In this document: piece by piece, positions 35,032 through 46,169 of the stretch
How the letters are laid out: the number at the start of each line of letters is the position of its first letter
How positions within the stretch are numbered: position 1 is the stretch's first letter
Source: Coleofasciculus chthonoplastes F2-STO-03
GTDB lineage: Bacteria; Cyanobacteriota; Cyanobacteriia; Cyanobacteriales; Coleofasciculaceae
Length of the DNA stretch: 64,000 bases
Direction: 5' to 3'
Assembly (NCBI GenBank): GCA_040222015.1
Contig: JAVJWO010000178.1
Coordinates: 1-64,000, forward strand
Program-made: the position numbers and the translations under genes
Notes under the pieces: generated by a model
Database searches by the model: none
What the model was told of the DNA's origin: nothing
The model's input: the letters and a program-made list of their open reading frames with translations, nothing else

Positions 35032-35931
35032 CTAAGCCTTAGCTTTGTGTTGCTTATTGGGGACAATATTCAGTCCGTTCAAGAACATCGGTACAAACTT
35101 TTCCATAAACATCTTGGGATCACGTTGCCAAGCTCGTTGTGCCACAGTTAGACGGGTCATCTGCAATTCGGGGGCTAGCAGTGTCTGCGGTATGTTTTCC
35201 ATCAGGTACTTGGGACGTTCCCAAACCTCTAAAGTATTGGCAATTTCTAACAGATGGTTGAGTCGGCGCAGTTCTGCACCAGCCATGATATCCATCCCAG
35301 CCTCATAAGCTGCCTGTTCAATTGCCACATACTGGCGCTTAGCTTGTTCCACCTTCCGGCGATGTCGGGGGCTTTTATCGGCAATTTTAGCCAGCCATCG
35401 GTTACCCCATCGGACGTGAACGGCTTCTTCTGGGAAAATTCGTTCAATTGTTTCTCTAATCTTGATGTTTTCTTCGGTTTGTGGAGCTTCTTTCAACGCT
35501 CGAATATGAGCCGAGAAATATTCACAACCGCGCTTTTCCGTGACGTTGATTGCCGCTAAGGCAGCAATAAGCCCATCTTCTTTGTTGTCTGGTGATTCAT
35601 AGGTTGGCTGGTCGATGAGTCGCTCGAACTCATGGATGTAGGATACTCCGGGAGGCATGCCAATATCTGCACCCAAGTCTACCAGGAGGTCTGTCAACCA
35701 CATCGCATGGCGAGCTTCGTCACAAATGTGATGAGACAGTTCCTGTACCAAGTCTCGCGGTTGACCATTGAGTTTTTCGACTACTTCCGTGAGGTCTTTG
35801 CAGCTATGTTGTTCGTTATAGCGGTAGCGATTCAGCGTGATCAGGTGTATTTCGCGATCGCTCACTACCCGTTGGAGGATTTCACGCGCACTAACAGAGT
35901 TTTTCAGTTTGCGGGGATATGCAACAGTCAT
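35032..35931 (-). CDS. Ferritin-like domain protein
   Basis: Paired ExxH motifs DEARH and EEAVH, plus NE and TE carboxylates. Confidence 0.8.
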   Translation of the reverse strand: MTVAYPRKLKNSVSAREILQRVVSDREIHLITLNRYRYNEQHSCKDLTEVVEKLNGQPRDLVQELSHHICDEARHAMWLTDLLVDLGADIGMPPGVSYIHEFERLIDQPTYESPDNKEDGLIAALAAINVTEKRGCEYFSAHIRALKEAPQTEENIKIRETIERIFPEEAVHVRWGNRWLAKIADKSPRHRRKVEQAKRQYVAIEQAAYEAGMDIMAGAELRRLNHLLEIANTLEVWERPKYLMENIPQTLLAPELQMTRLTVAQRAWQRDPKMFMEKFVPMFLNGLNIVPNKQHKAKA

Positions 35932-36024
35932 TAAGTTTTATGTTTTTTTGTAAATTTACTTTTTCAAGTGTAACAGAAATGAAAATCCCCTTTGCTTCCC
36001 CACTCTAGCCCAAGCCAGTTAACC

Positions 36025-36056
36025 AAAAAAGCCACCCTGACCGGATGGCTTTTTTT
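36025..36056 (-). terminator. Intrinsic terminator after glnA
   Basis: AAAAAAGCCA-CCCTGACCGGA-TGGCTTTTTTT hairpin with A/T tails. Confidence 0.75.
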
Positions 36057-36080
36057 GTCATTTTGTGCTAATGGTTGAGA

Positions 36081-37502
36081 CTAGACATCATAGTAGAGGG
36101 AAAACTCATAGGGATGAGGACGCAACCGCATCGGGTTGATCTCATTGTCGAGTTTGTAGGCAATCCAGTTGTCGATAAAGTCTTCGGTGAATACACCTGT
36201 ACTGGTCAAGAAAGTATGATCCTGCTCCAAATGCTCTAAAGCAGCTTCCAGAGAACCAGGAGTTGATGGGATTTTGCTCAATTCCTCTGGCGAGAGGTCA
36301 TAGATATCCACATCCAACGGTTCGCCCGGATCAATTTCATTCTTAATCCCATCCAAGCCGGCACACAACATTGCGGCAAAAGCAATATAGGGATTACACG
36401 TCGCATCAGGACAACGGAATTCCATCCGCTTCGCCTTAGGATTGTCACCAGACAAGGGAATCCGGATGGAGGCGGAACGGTTTCCTTGGGAGTAAGCCAA
36501 GTTCACAGGTGCTTCAAATCCTGGCACCAAGCGCTTGTAGGAGTTTGTCGTTGGGTTGGTGAGGGCTAACAAAGCGGGGGCATGTCTGAGTAAACCGCCG
36601 ATGTAATGCAGCGCCATCTTGCTCAACCCAGCGTAGCCATCGCCAAAGAACAGGGGTTTCCCATTCTTCCAGATGGACTGGTGAGTGTGCATCCCAGAAC
36701 CATTGTCGTTAAATATTGGCTTGGGCATAAAGGTGGCAGTTTTGCCATACTTCTTGGCGACATTTTTAACCACATATTTGTACACCATCAAGAAGTCACC
36801 GGCTTCCACGATTGGTGCAAAACGGACACCGAGTTCGTTCTGTCCCCCAGAGGCAACTTCGTGGTGATGCTTTTCAATTGGCACACCACATTGAGCCATG
36901 GTGAGCAGCATTTCGGTACGCATGTCTTGCATCGTATCCGTAGGTGAGACGGGGAAATATCCTTCTTTGTAGCGCGGTTTATATCCCAGGTTCCCGCCAG
37001 CTTCTTCCCGTCCAGAATTCCAACGCCCTTCCACGCTATCTACGTAGTAGAACCCTTTGCTCTCTGTTTGATCAAAGCGAACATCCTCGAAGATAAAGAA
37101 CTCAGCTTCTGGACCAAAAAAGGTAATATCGCCAATTCCGGTGGACTTCAAAAAGTCCAGTGCTTTCTGGGCGATGGTGCGGGGGTCACGGCTGTACCAT
37201 TCACCCGTGCGGGGTTCCTTGATTGAGCAGATCATGCTCAATGTTTTTTCTTTCATGAATGGGTCGATCCAAGCCGTTTTCGGATCGGGAACCATTGACA
37301 TGTCCGATTCGTTAATGGCTTTCCAACCACGAATACTTGACCCGTCGAACGCTACCCCATCTTCAAAAGCACTTTCGTCTATTTGATCATAGTAAAACGA
37401 GCAGTGCTGCCAGATTCCTGGCATATCAATGAATTTGAGGTCAATAATCTTAATGTCTTGATCTTGAATCATTTTCAAGACTTCTTGTGGCGTTTCTGGC
37501 AT
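36081..37502 (-). CDS. glnA: Glutamine synthetase type I
   Basis: [42 protein letters not shown]. Confidence 0.99.
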   Translation of the reverse strand: MPETPQEVLKMIQDQDIKIIDLKFIDMPGIWQHCSFYYDQIDESAFEDGVAFDGSSIRGWKAINESDMSMVPDPKTAWIDPFMKEKTLSMICSIKEPRTGEWYSRDPRTIAQKALDFLKSTGIGDITFFGPEAEFFIFEDVRFDQTESKGFYYVDSVEGRWNSGREEAGGNLGYKPRYKEGYFPVSPTDTMQDMRTEMLLTMAQCGVPIEKHHHEVASGGQNELGVRFAPIVEAGDFLMVYKYVVKNVAKKYGKTATFMPKPIFNDNGSGMHTHQSIWKNGKPLFFGDGYAGLSKMALHYIGGLLRHAPALLALTNPTTNSYKRLVPGFEAPVNLAYSQGNRSASIRIPLSGDNPKAKRMEFRCPDATCNPYIAFAAMLCAGLDGIKNEIDPGEPLDVDIYDLSPEELSKIPSTPGSLEAALEHLEQDHTFLTSTGVFTEDFIDNWIAYKLDNEINPMRLRPHPYEFSLYYDV

Positions 37503-37630
37503 GAATGACTCCTTTTGTCAAGTGGACTATTGTTTAGAAAAGTTCAAATAGCGGTGGGGCAGTTGAAGTTCTCACCGACCTCGACAGACGGTTATGTCTG
37601 TCCTAAACCTGTCTCCTGTTCATCTGACTC

Positions 37631-37672
37631 ATCCTAGGGAGAGGTCGAGGGAGCTTTTGTATCCAAAGTTAC
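37631..37672 (-). promoter_or_regulatory. NtcA-activated glnA promoter
   Basis: GTA-ACTTTGGA-TAC on the minus strand (37672-37659), a 22-nt spacer, then TAGGAT -10 (37636-37631). This is the canonical NtcA geometry. Confidence 0.9.
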
Positions 37673-37952
37673 AAAATCTAGTTTCCTGATCCTTGATATC
37701 CTAAGAAAAAGATTAAATTGTATTAAATGTTACCAAATGCTCAGGATTGCCCGTCCCCTATTTGTCAATTCGCTCAACAATGACGTATTCTAGTCTAGAT
37801 AAGCCAAGTTGCTTTGGGAGCAATATTTGGGCAGTCCAGCTTATGTGATCAAGAATGGTGCAGGAATTCTCATTCCAGAGACTTTTGATGAGAGCGTCGC
37901 AATAACTGGCAATATAAATAGATAAAGATATATAGATTGGGAGAGCCGACTC

Positions 37953-38462
37953 ATGCGGGATGCGATTACAAGCCTGATTAGAAATTACGACATTACTGGT
38001 CGTTACCTCGATCGCGATGCGATCGATTCACTCAAATCTTACTTTGACAGTGGTACAGCCCGAATCATGGCTGCTGCTGTGGTCAATGCTAATGCAGCCT
38101 CAATTGTCAAGCAGGCAGGATCGCAACTCTTTGAAGACGTCCCGGAATTGATTCGTCCGGGTGGTAATGCTTACACCACTCGTCGCTATGCTGCTTGTCT
38201 GCGGGATATGGACTATTATCTCCGCTATGCCAGTTATGCACTGGTTGCTGGGAGTATGGATGTTCTAGACGAACGAGTTTTGCAAGGGTTACGGGAAACC
38301 TATAATTCCTTGGCGGTTCCAATTGGTCCAACTGTTCGCGGTATCCAAATTATGAAAGATATCCTGAAAGAACAAGTCGCTGCTGCTGGAGTGACTAATA
38401 CGGCATTTGTGGATCAACCCTTCGACTACATGACTCGTGAATTGAGCGAAAGCGATATTTAA
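37953..38462 (+). CDS. apcF: Allophycocyanin beta-18 subunit
   Basis: MRDAITSLI.NYD.TGRYLDR, PGGNAYTTRRYAACLRD; 169 aa; divergent from glnA. Confidence 0.95.
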   Translation: MRDAITSLIRNYDITGRYLDRDAIDSLKSYFDSGTARIMAAAVVNANAASIVKQAGSQLFEDVPELIRPGGNAYTTRRYAACLRDMDYYLRYASYALVAGSMDVLDERVLQGLRETYNSLAVPIGPTVRGIQIMKDILKEQVAAAGVTNTAFVDQPFDYMTRELSESDI

Positions 38463-38623
38463 CCATTTTTCGCACCCAAAGGGTCACATCCAGGTTTTTG
38501 AACAAACAGATGATTAGGGACGTGTTTAATGTCCCTTCTTGGTATTCACAATTACTACCACTGCTGGACAAACTCTAACAATACTTAATGTAACTATCTT
38601 TGGGTGCAGTTTTTAATCGTTGT

Positions 38624-38974
38624 CTAAGATGAATGATTTAATGTGTATATTCCCAGACCAATCAACCCTAGGGCGATAACCTGTCTGATGCCAAACGGTT
38701 CTCCCCACATTAAATGAGCCAAAAAAGCCACCGCCACATAACTAATCGAAACGCTGGGAAAAGCCACAGAAACAGGGATTTCTCTAAGGGCAAAGATATA
38801 GAATAGAGAAGCACAGAAATAAGACGATAATCCCACAATAATGTAGGGTTGAAGAAAGAAAAGCTTACTACCAATACCCTGCATAGCGCCAGCTTTAAGG
38901 CTTAGTTGCCCACCGATACCAATCATAATCGAAATAATTAAAGCGAAATAGGCATTCATGAAAAAATTCTCCAA
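38624..38974 (-). CDS. Small DMT/SMR (EamA-like) membrane transporter
   Basis: Four TM helices; GQLSLK, ALREIPVSVAFP, WGEP. Confidence 0.75.
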   Translation of the reverse strand: MENFFMNAYFALIISIMIGIGGQLSLKAGAMQGIGSKLFFLQPYIIVGLSSYFCASLFYIFALREIPVSVAFPSVSISYVAVAFLAHLMWGEPFGIRQVIALGLIGLGIYTLNHSS

Positions 38975-39361
38975 TGAGCGTAGAACTATCTTAATCTAAA
39001 AGTCAAATAAATAAGCCTTTGTTGCTCAACAGATTTAGGATTAAGCCGCGTGACATTTATCTGAATTGACCTGAGCCATCTTGAGTGATATCCTGACTTA
39101 TCCCGAGCTAATCCGTGCTTTATTCCTGACTTTTCCCCATTGAATCTGCCAAAATTTAAACAGAAACTTGCAGATGTCCACTAAAAAACCAATGGGGGTT
39201 GAGAGCGTGAGTGAGAGTAGACCTACGGCATCTGGGTTGATTCATGGATGCGGTGACATCTGTAAAAACCATAACGTTACAGAAACCCGCGCAAAAATGT
39301 TACATAAAGTACAATAAATCAACCGCTAGCATAGTGAAATAGAATAGGTCGATTATAGGTT

Positions 39362-40921
39362 ATGAGTAAACGCGATAATCCGCTAGTATTGATTTTAGCT
39401 TTAGCCGCTACCTTGGGTCTGATTGGAGGGGGTCTGTGGGTGTTGAGTAAGGCTGCACCTGATCTAGTTCCTAATCTGTCAAGTCAGACTCAAACCAAAG
39501 CTGCCAAAGGTGAACTGAGAATTCTGGGAGATACATTCAGCGGCTATAGCACGTTTCGCAGTCAGCCGTTTCAAGAGGCATTAGAAGAGGTTGGGCTGAA
39601 ACTGCGCTATCAAGATGAGTTTGATCAAGCTAAACGGGCTGAATTATTGAATCAGGGAAAAGCAGATTTATTAGTCACGACATTAGATCAGTTCCTGCAA
39701 CAACAACCCGAAGGACAAATTATTGGCTTGATTGACCGCACGGTAGGCGCTGATGCCGTTGTGCTGAATACGAAGAAATATCCAAACCTGAAGTCACTCT
39801 TAGATCTTAAGCAATTAGTTGAGCAAGAGCGATCGCAAGGACGACAGTTAACCCTCACCTTTGCCGGCGATACCCCCAGTGAGTACCTGGCGCTGGTGTT
39901 GAGTACCAAGTTTGAGGCGTTTAAGCTGGCAGATTTTCAAGTTGAAAAAGTCGCTGATGCGTCTGAGGCGTGGCAACTTTTACAAGATCCCAATCAGAAT
40001 GTGGCGGTGGCGGTGATTTGGGAACCCTATGTCACCCAAGCCAAAAAACAAGGGCATACTGTCGTTTTATCGAGTCAGGATGCACCCCAAGCCATTGTGG
40101 ATGTGATTGTGGCATCCAATCGTTTGATTGAGTCTCAACCTGAGAAAATTTCAGAATTACTGGAAGCCTACTATCGCCGGATTGATGTAAATGTTCGCGA
40201 ACCCTCCCAACTCAAAACGCAAATCGCGGAAGATGGGGAATTGTCTTCTAGTGAAGCTAGTGCCGTTTTACAGGGAATTGACTTTTTTACTGCCTCTGAA
40301 GCCCAGCAATGGATGAGTGATAATATCCTAGAAAAACGGATTGGTTCCACCGCCGCCGTATTAGTTTTAGCCGGTCGATTAAATGATGTGCCTCAAGCCC
40401 CCCAGAGCTTATTTTCACCTCAGTTTCTCACCAAAGCCGCAACTAATACCGAAACCTTAATTAGCTTAGTGCGTGCCGATAACCCAGAACTAGCAGACCG
40501 ACTTTCTGGGAAGGGAGAAACAGTTGCCGCTGTGCCGCAAGTCTCAGCCCAACAGATTACTGCTGCCCCAGATATTGGTAACTTAGAAGTGCGAGGAGAA
40601 GTGCAATTTGGTGTCGGTTTAGCGACATTAACCAGTCAAGGGCAACAAACCCTGAATCAGTTAGCCAATGAAATTCAGGAGTTTAATCCCCAAACTTTAG
40701 CCGTGCGGGTGATTGGTCATACCTCAAAAACAGGGGCAGCAGCGCTGAACCAAACCTTGAGTCAACAACGCGCCCAAGTTGTCGTGAACTATCTCAAAAA
40801 TCGTGGTCTTAAGCATAATTTTGTCGCAGAAGGCAAAGGCTTTAATCAACCCCTGTCTGGCATTCCGCCGACAGATCCCCGTCAACAGCGTACAGAAATC
40901 CGCTTAGTTCGGGTTAATTAA
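39362..40921 (+). CDS. ABC substrate-binding (NMT1-like) domain fused to an OmpA-like domain
   Basis: N-terminal TM anchor, DRTVGADAVV, IWEPY, C-terminal GHTSKTG...NQTLSQQRAQVV..QRTEI. Confidence 0.85.
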   Translation: MSKRDNPLVLILALAATLGLIGGGLWVLSKAAPDLVPNLSSQTQTKAAKGELRILGDTFSGYSTFRSQPFQEALEEVGLKLRYQDEFDQAKRAELLNQGKADLLVTTLDQFLQQQPEGQIIGLIDRTVGADAVVLNTKKYPNLKSLLDLKQLVEQERSQGRQLTLTFAGDTPSEYLALVLSTKFEAFKLADFQVEKVADASEAWQLLQDPNQNVAVAVIWEPYVTQAKKQGHTVVLSSQDAPQAIVDVIVASNRLIESQPEKISELLEAYYRRIDVNVREPSQLKTQIAEDGELSSSEASAVLQGIDFFTASEAQQWMSDNILEKRIGSTAAVLVLAGRLNDVPQAPQSLFSPQFLTKAATNTETLISLVRADNPELADRLSGKGETVAAVPQVSAQQITAAPDIGNLEVRGEVQFGVGLATLTSQGQQTLNQLANEIQEFNPQTLAVRVIGHTSKTGAAALNQTLSQQRAQVVVNYLKNRGLKHNFVAEGKGFNQPLSGIPPTDPRQQRTEIRLVRVN

Positions 40922-41039
40922 GGAAGTTTTGAGTGTGTAGAGGCGGGTTTCACTACTATCTTTTGAAATGGTGCGTTACGCTAACGCTAACGCACCCTAC
41001 ACCCGCCCCGACCAAGTGTTCAATTTTGAGTTTTAACCT

Positions 41040-42065
41040 ATGAAAATCCGGACTATTGTTACCTGGTTTACTTTATTTTTTGTCAGTTTAACTATTGCGG
41101 TTAGCTGTACTCCTGCTACTGATGTCTCCACCTCGGAATCCCCTTCAACACCAGCCGTTCAGATGGGATTCAGTGCATGGCCCGGTTGGTTACCCTGGCA
41201 AATCGCCGAGGAAGAACAACTCTTTGCCGCCAATGATGTGAAAGTGGATTTGAAGTGGTTTGATGGGTATCTGGATTCAATTAATGCCCTAGCCGCAGGT
41301 CAGTTAGATGCCAATACCCAAACATTGAATGACACCATTAGCTCTGTTGCGGCTGGCTCAGATCAAGTCATTGTTTTGGTGAATGATAATTCAACCGGAA
41401 ATGACAAAATTATTGTTCGTGAGGGAATTAATGCCATAGAGGATCTGCCCGGAAAAACGGTTGCTGTAGAAGCGGGTACAGTTGATCATTTTCTTTTACT
41501 CTTAGGATTAGAAAAAGCTGGATTATCTCCAGATGATGTGGAAATCAAACCCTTAGAAACGGGGGCAGCCTCTGCCGCATTTGTCGCCGGACAGGTTGAT
41601 GCTGTGGGTGTATTTGCGCCGTTTACAACCAAGGCATTAGAACGTCCTGGAAGTAAAGAGTTGTTTAGTTCAAAAGACTTTCCCGGTGCAATTCCTGATC
41701 ATCTCGTTGTGAGTCGGCAAATGGTTGAGGAACGCCCGGAAGCGGTACAAGCTTTAGTCAATACGTGGTTTGATACGCTGGATTTCATGAATAAAAATGC
41801 GGACAAGTCTTTGCAGATTTTAGCCAAACGAGCAGGAGTTACGGTTGATGAATATAAGGACTATGATGCTGGAACGACTATTTTTAGTATTGAGGAGAAT
41901 TTAGCGGCATTTGAACCGGGAGATGACATGACGTCGCTGCCTTATGCGGCTGAAGAAATTAGTACATTTTTAGTCGAGAATGGTTTAATTGAACAAGCCC
42001 CAGATTTGGATCAACTTTTAGATGATCGCTTTGTCAAAGCCTATGCTGAGAACCAGAAAACCTAA
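41040..42065 (+). CDS. ABC transporter substrate-binding lipoprotein (NitT/TauT/SsuA-like)
   Basis: Lipobox IAVSC, FSAWPGW, DNSTGNDKI, FAPF. Confidence 0.88.
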   Translation: MKIRTIVTWFTLFFVSLTIAVSCTPATDVSTSESPSTPAVQMGFSAWPGWLPWQIAEEEQLFAANDVKVDLKWFDGYLDSINALAAGQLDANTQTLNDTISSVAAGSDQVIVLVNDNSTGNDKIIVREGINAIEDLPGKTVAVEAGTVDHFLLLLGLEKAGLSPDDVEIKPLETGAASAAFVAGQVDAVGVFAPFTTKALERPGSKELFSSKDFPGAIPDHLVVSRQMVEERPEAVQALVNTWFDTLDFMNKNADKSLQILAKRAGVTVDEYKDYDAGTTIFSIEENLAAFEPGDDMTSLPYAAEEISTFLVENGLIEQAPDLDQLLDDRFVKAYAENQKT

Positions 42066-42206
42066 ATCTATTCGGGGCTGATTTGCTCTCGTACACAATC
42101 GGGGTTGTCGTCATTCATTGTGAATGTTTATCCACAAGAACCAGTTGTGTATCGAACTAAGACGATGATGTAGATAATCACAGCCAATAGTTTCTGGTAA
42201 ACCCTA

Positions 42207-43055
42207 ATGACTCGGACTCCTGAAAATTTGTGTACAAGAGAGGTAAAATATTCTCCTCAAACACTGAAACCTACCCTATTTTGGCGCATTGCCGAAGATA
42301 TTCCCAAATCCTTGACCTGGACATTGATGGTGTTGTCTATCGGTATTCCGTTTGGGTTATGGTGGCTAGTTTCTCATTCGGGGTGGGTTGAGCCTCTGTT
42401 TTTACCGACACCAGAGAATGTTTGGCAAGCGATTGTGTCACTTTGGACAAGTGGCGATTTGCCCCAGGATATTTTAGCCAGTGTATTTCGGGTTCTGAGT
42501 GGGTTTCTCCTCGCCGCGTTGATATCGATTCCATTGGGAACTTTCATGGGAACCTTTGCCAGTATTCGGGCGCTAATGGAACCAATTATTGGAATTGTGC
42601 GGTATATGCCTGCGCCAGCATTTATTCCTTTACTCATCTTATACTTTGGCGTCGGAGAAACCCCGAAGATTTTGCTTATTTTTATCGGAACGTTATTTTT
42701 TAATACACTGATGATCATGGATGCGGTTAAGTTTGTCCCCAAGGAGTTAATTGAAACATCTTACACGTTAGGGGGCAAACGCCTTCAAGTTTTACTGTAT
42801 GTTATTTTTCCGTTTATTATGCCCAGCATTATCGATGCTTGTCGGGTCAATATTGCCGCCTCGTGGAATTTAGTGATTGTGGCAGAATTAGTGGCAGCAA
42901 CTGAAGGCTTGGGACGTCGGATTAGTGTGGCGCAGCGGTTTCTGAGAACCGATCAAATTTTTGCTGGACTCATTGTGATTGGATTAATTGGTCTAAGCTT
43001 CGATTTATTATTTAGATTGTTGCTGCGATTATCATGTAAATGGACTATAGATTAA
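42207..43055 (+). CDS. ABC transporter permease (SsuC/TauC-like)
   Basis: FLPTP, RYMPAPAF, ELIETSYTLG, VAELVAA..GLG. Confidence 0.9.
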   Translation: MTRTPENLCTREVKYSPQTLKPTLFWRIAEDIPKSLTWTLMVLSIGIPFGLWWLVSHSGWVEPLFLPTPENVWQAIVSLWTSGDLPQDILASVFRVLSGFLLAALISIPLGTFMGTFASIRALMEPIIGIVRYMPAPAFIPLLILYFGVGETPKILLIFIGTLFFNTLMIMDAVKFVPKELIETSYTLGGKRLQVLLYVIFPFIMPSIIDACRVNIAASWNLVIVAELVAATEGLGRRISVAQRFLRTDQIFAGLIVIGLIGLSFDLLFRLLLRLSCKWTID

Positions 43056-43084
43056 GGATTGAAACAACTAATAACCAATGACAA

Positions 43085-43894
43085 ATGAAAAATACAAAAT
43101 TAACTGTTTCTCAACTTTATAAACAATTCTCCAGTCGTAAGGGCGTCACGGTTGCGCTTAAAGATATCAATATGCACATTGAATCGGGAGAATTTGTTAG
43201 TGTAGTCGGTGCATCGGGTTCTGGTAAATCAACGTTATTACGTCTCATTGCTGGATTGGATCAAGCAACGGCGGGTGAAATCTGTGTGGATGGTGTGCGG
43301 GTGACTGGACCGGGTTCCGATCGAGGGATGGTGTTTCAAAGTTATACGCTTTATCCCTGGATGACGGTAGCGAATAATGTGGGATTTGGTTTAAGGTTAC
43401 AGGGACTATCCGCAGCACAACGACGGCAGCACGTATCGTATTATTTAGAGGTTGTGGGATTATCGAAGTTTGCTAAAGCGTTGCCCAAAGAACTATCCGG
43501 GGGAATGAAACAACGAGTCGCGATCGCGCGGGCGTTAGCCTGTCAACCGAAAGTCTTACTCCTGGATGAACCCTTTGGCGCGTTAGATGTGCAAACCCGC
43601 GAAGCTATGCAGCAATTCCTGCTGCAATTATGGCAACGAACGGGTACAACGATTTTGATGATTACCCATGATGTAGGGGAAGCGGTGTTTCTCTCCCAAC
43701 GCATCTATGTGCTGACGACGCAACCGGGTACAATTCAAGGGGAACTGACGATTGATTTACCGCGCGATCGCGTAACTAATAATTCTGATGGACGTAGGCT
43801 GAACATTAAGCGTTTGTCGGCGTTTCAAAACTACACTGATCAGATTATTGAGTTACTCACCGATCAACCAGAAGCTGCACTTTTGCGGAGCTGA
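43085..43894 (+). CDS. ABC transporter ATP-binding protein (SsuB/TauB-like)
   Basis: GASGSGKS, LSGGMKQR, LLLDEPF. Confidence 0.92.
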   Translation: MKNTKLTVSQLYKQFSSRKGVTVALKDINMHIESGEFVSVVGASGSGKSTLLRLIAGLDQATAGEICVDGVRVTGPGSDRGMVFQSYTLYPWMTVANNVGFGLRLQGLSAAQRRQHVSYYLEVVGLSKFAKALPKELSGGMKQRVAIARALACQPKVLLLDEPFGALDVQTREAMQQFLLQLWQRTGTTILMITHDVGEAVFLSQRIYVLTTQPGTIQGELTIDLPRDRVTNNSDGRRLNIKRLSAFQNYTDQIIELLTDQPEAALLRS

Positions 43895-43939
43895 TTGAGC
43901 GTTAATAGTTAGCTGAAAGACTTTCCACGTTCCCCAATT

Positions 43940-44332
43940 TTAATCTAACCAATCATCGATGGGATTGGCTTTAAACTGAATCGGTGGTTTACTCGTGTTA
44001 ACCGTTGGCGGAGCCTTTTTTCCTGGCTTCCGTTGGGTTGGCGATTTAGATAAACCTGGGGATGGTACATGACGGGCTGGCGGTGGTGAGGCTGAGTATT
44101 TTGACTTACGACCCATTTTTCTACCATTAGCCGCCGATTTAGAACGCAAACATTCATGGGCTTCATTCAGTTCTTGCAACTTGTACTGGGCTTTTTGTTG
44201 TAGACGGGGATGACCCACAAAACGGTCAGGATGCCATACCCACGTCAGGTCTAGATACCCTTGGTGGACTTCCTCGGGTGAGGCATTAGGGTCTAAGTCT
44301 AAGACTCTATAGTATCGTTCTACGTCTAACAT
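43940..44332 (-). CDS. J-domain protein
   Basis: YYRVLDL, WHPDRF, QELNEAH. Confidence 0.85.
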   Translation of the reverse strand: MLDVERYYRVLDLDPNASPEEVHQGYLDLTWVWHPDRFVGHPRLQQKAQYKLQELNEAHECLRSKSAANGRKMGRKSKYSASPPPARHVPSPGLSKSPTQRKPGKKAPPTVNTSKPPIQFKANPIDDWLD

Positions 44333-44646
44333 CTACGCCATCCTCACGACTGACAGCACTATCTTGATATTGATAAAAATAGTAATTCAAGTTCTCTGTT
44401 GTTGTGGCTGAAACCATGCAAAAAAATACATCAGTTTAGGAAAGATATAATTTGTAAGTTTTTGTTAACGTAAGTTAACAATTTTAAATCCTCCTGTTTA
44501 CTCAATTGTTTAGAATTTGAGTGTTTTTATAGCGATATATGTCAGATCAGAGCAAGTTACCCGTTCTTAAGTTGAACGAACATAACGAATCTAGAGGAGG
44601 GGTGAAAAATAGGTAATTAGACGGAGATCAAGTAGTATATTTCCTC

Positions 44647-44778
44647 AGAGCGTGTTAAAAAAGGTGTCTGCACAGAGGAAGGGCGGGTTGAGACATCGCG
44701 ATAATGCTTTGAACCTTTCGCCCAAAACCCAAACCTGCCCTTACCCTACTTTCTCAGGTGCTTTTGACACACCGTCTA
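44647..44778. mobile_element. MITE-like element with an internal REP
   Basis: Imperfect TIRs AGAGCGTGTTAAAAAAG and CTTTTGACACACCGTCT enclose GGGCGGGTT..AACCTGCCC. Confidence 0.5.
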
Positions 44779-44798
44779 GTCGTTTAAGTTCAGAAAAC

Positions 44799-45965
44799 AT
44801 GCAGTTAGCAGCACGAGTTGGTCAAGTCTCTCCCTCTCTCACCCTAGCGATTTCCGCCAAAGCTAAGGCGATGAAAGCCGATGGCTTGGATGTGTGTAGT
44901 TTCAGCGCAGGGGAACCCGATTTTGATACCCCGGCTCATATTAAGGCGGCGGCGAAACAAGCCCTAGATCAGGGTAAAACAAAATATGGACCCGCCGCTG
45001 GGGAACCGAAATTACGGCAAGCGATCGCGAATAAACTGCGCCGAGATAATCAGTTAGAGTACCAGCCGGACAATATCATTGTCACCAATGGCGGTAAACA
45101 TTCCCTGTTTGGTTTAATGCAAGCGCTGATTGAACCGGGGGATGACGTGATTATTCCCGCCCCCTATTGGCTTTCCTATCCGGAAATGGTCAAACTGGCA
45201 GGGGGTAAACCAATCATTGTGCAAACGGATGTGTCAACGGGGTATAAAATCACTTCAGAGCAACTCCAGGCGACGATTACGCCCCAAACCAAGCTATTTG
45301 TTCTCAATTCTCCCTCGAACCCCACCGGGATGGTGTATACCCCAGAGGAACTCAAAGCCCTTGCCCAAGTGATTGTAGAACGGGATATTCTAGTCGTCTC
45401 GGATGAAATTTATGAAAAGATTCTTTACGATGGCGCTCAACATCTGAGTATTGGTGCTATTGGATCGGATATCTTTGATCGCACGATTACCAGTAATGGG
45501 TTTGCCAAAGCCTACTCGATGACAGGTTGGCGGGTGGGGTATTTAGCGGGTGCTGTGGATTTAATTAAGGCAGTTACTACGATTCAAAGCCACAGTACCT
45601 CTAATGTTTGTACCTTTGCCCAGTATGGCGCGATCGCCGCCCTGGAAAATCCCCAAGACTGTGTAGAAGAAATGCGCCTTGCCTTTGCTAAACGTCGCCA
45701 AGTCATTTACGAACGCCTGAATAGCATTCCGGGAATTAGTTGTCCTCAACCCAATGGGGCGTTCTATGTCTTTGCCGATATCAGCAAAACTGGACTCAAA
45801 TCCCTGGAGTTTTGTAATCGCCTTTTGGAAGCTGAGAAAGTAGCGACAGTTCCCGGTATTGCCTTTGGTGTCGATAACTGTATCCGTCTGTCCTATGCTA
45901 CTGATATGCCATCCATTGAAAAGGGTATGGATCGATTGGATAAATTTGTTCGCCAGTTAAGTTGA
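44799..45965 (+). CDS. aspC: PLP-dependent aspartate aminotransferase (class I/II)
   Basis: [34 protein letters not shown] 44799 is used because the longer track start runs through a MITE. Confidence 0.9.
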   Translation: MQLAARVGQVSPSLTLAISAKAKAMKADGLDVCSFSAGEPDFDTPAHIKAAAKQALDQGKTKYGPAAGEPKLRQAIANKLRRDNQLEYQPDNIIVTNGGKHSLFGLMQALIEPGDDVIIPAPYWLSYPEMVKLAGGKPIIVQTDVSTGYKITSEQLQATITPQTKLFVLNSPSNPTGMVYTPEELKALAQVIVERDILVVSDEIYEKILYDGAQHLSIGAIGSDIFDRTITSNGFAKAYSMTGWRVGYLAGAVDLIKAVTTIQSHSTSNVCTFAQYGAIAALENPQDCVEEMRLAFAKRRQVIYERLNSIPGISCPQPNGAFYVFADISKTGLKSLEFCNRLLEAEKVATVPGIAFGVDNCIRLSYATDMPSIEKGMDRLDKFVRQLS

Positions 45966-46169
45966 GCGGAGAGACTCCAGGTGCAGTCAGGGCGGGTTTT
46001 GAATAAACGTTATCATCAACAGCGAAACGAAAATCCCTAAACCCGCCCCTACAATTAGGTTCCCTGAACGAAGCCAAGGGTCAAAACTATGTCCAACTAG
46101 TGAAGCGAAGGATAAACACTCAACACTCAACACTTATAACTTTTCCTTAAGAATTAGGAGATAACACTG

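Noticed and set aside
39060..39360. Guanidine-I (ykkC) riboswitch ahead of the ABC operon
   Set aside because: The conserved riboswitch motifs were not found by eye.
44652..44798. N-terminal extension of the aminotransferase
   Set aside because: It reads through a MITE-like repeat; the family start is MQLAARV.
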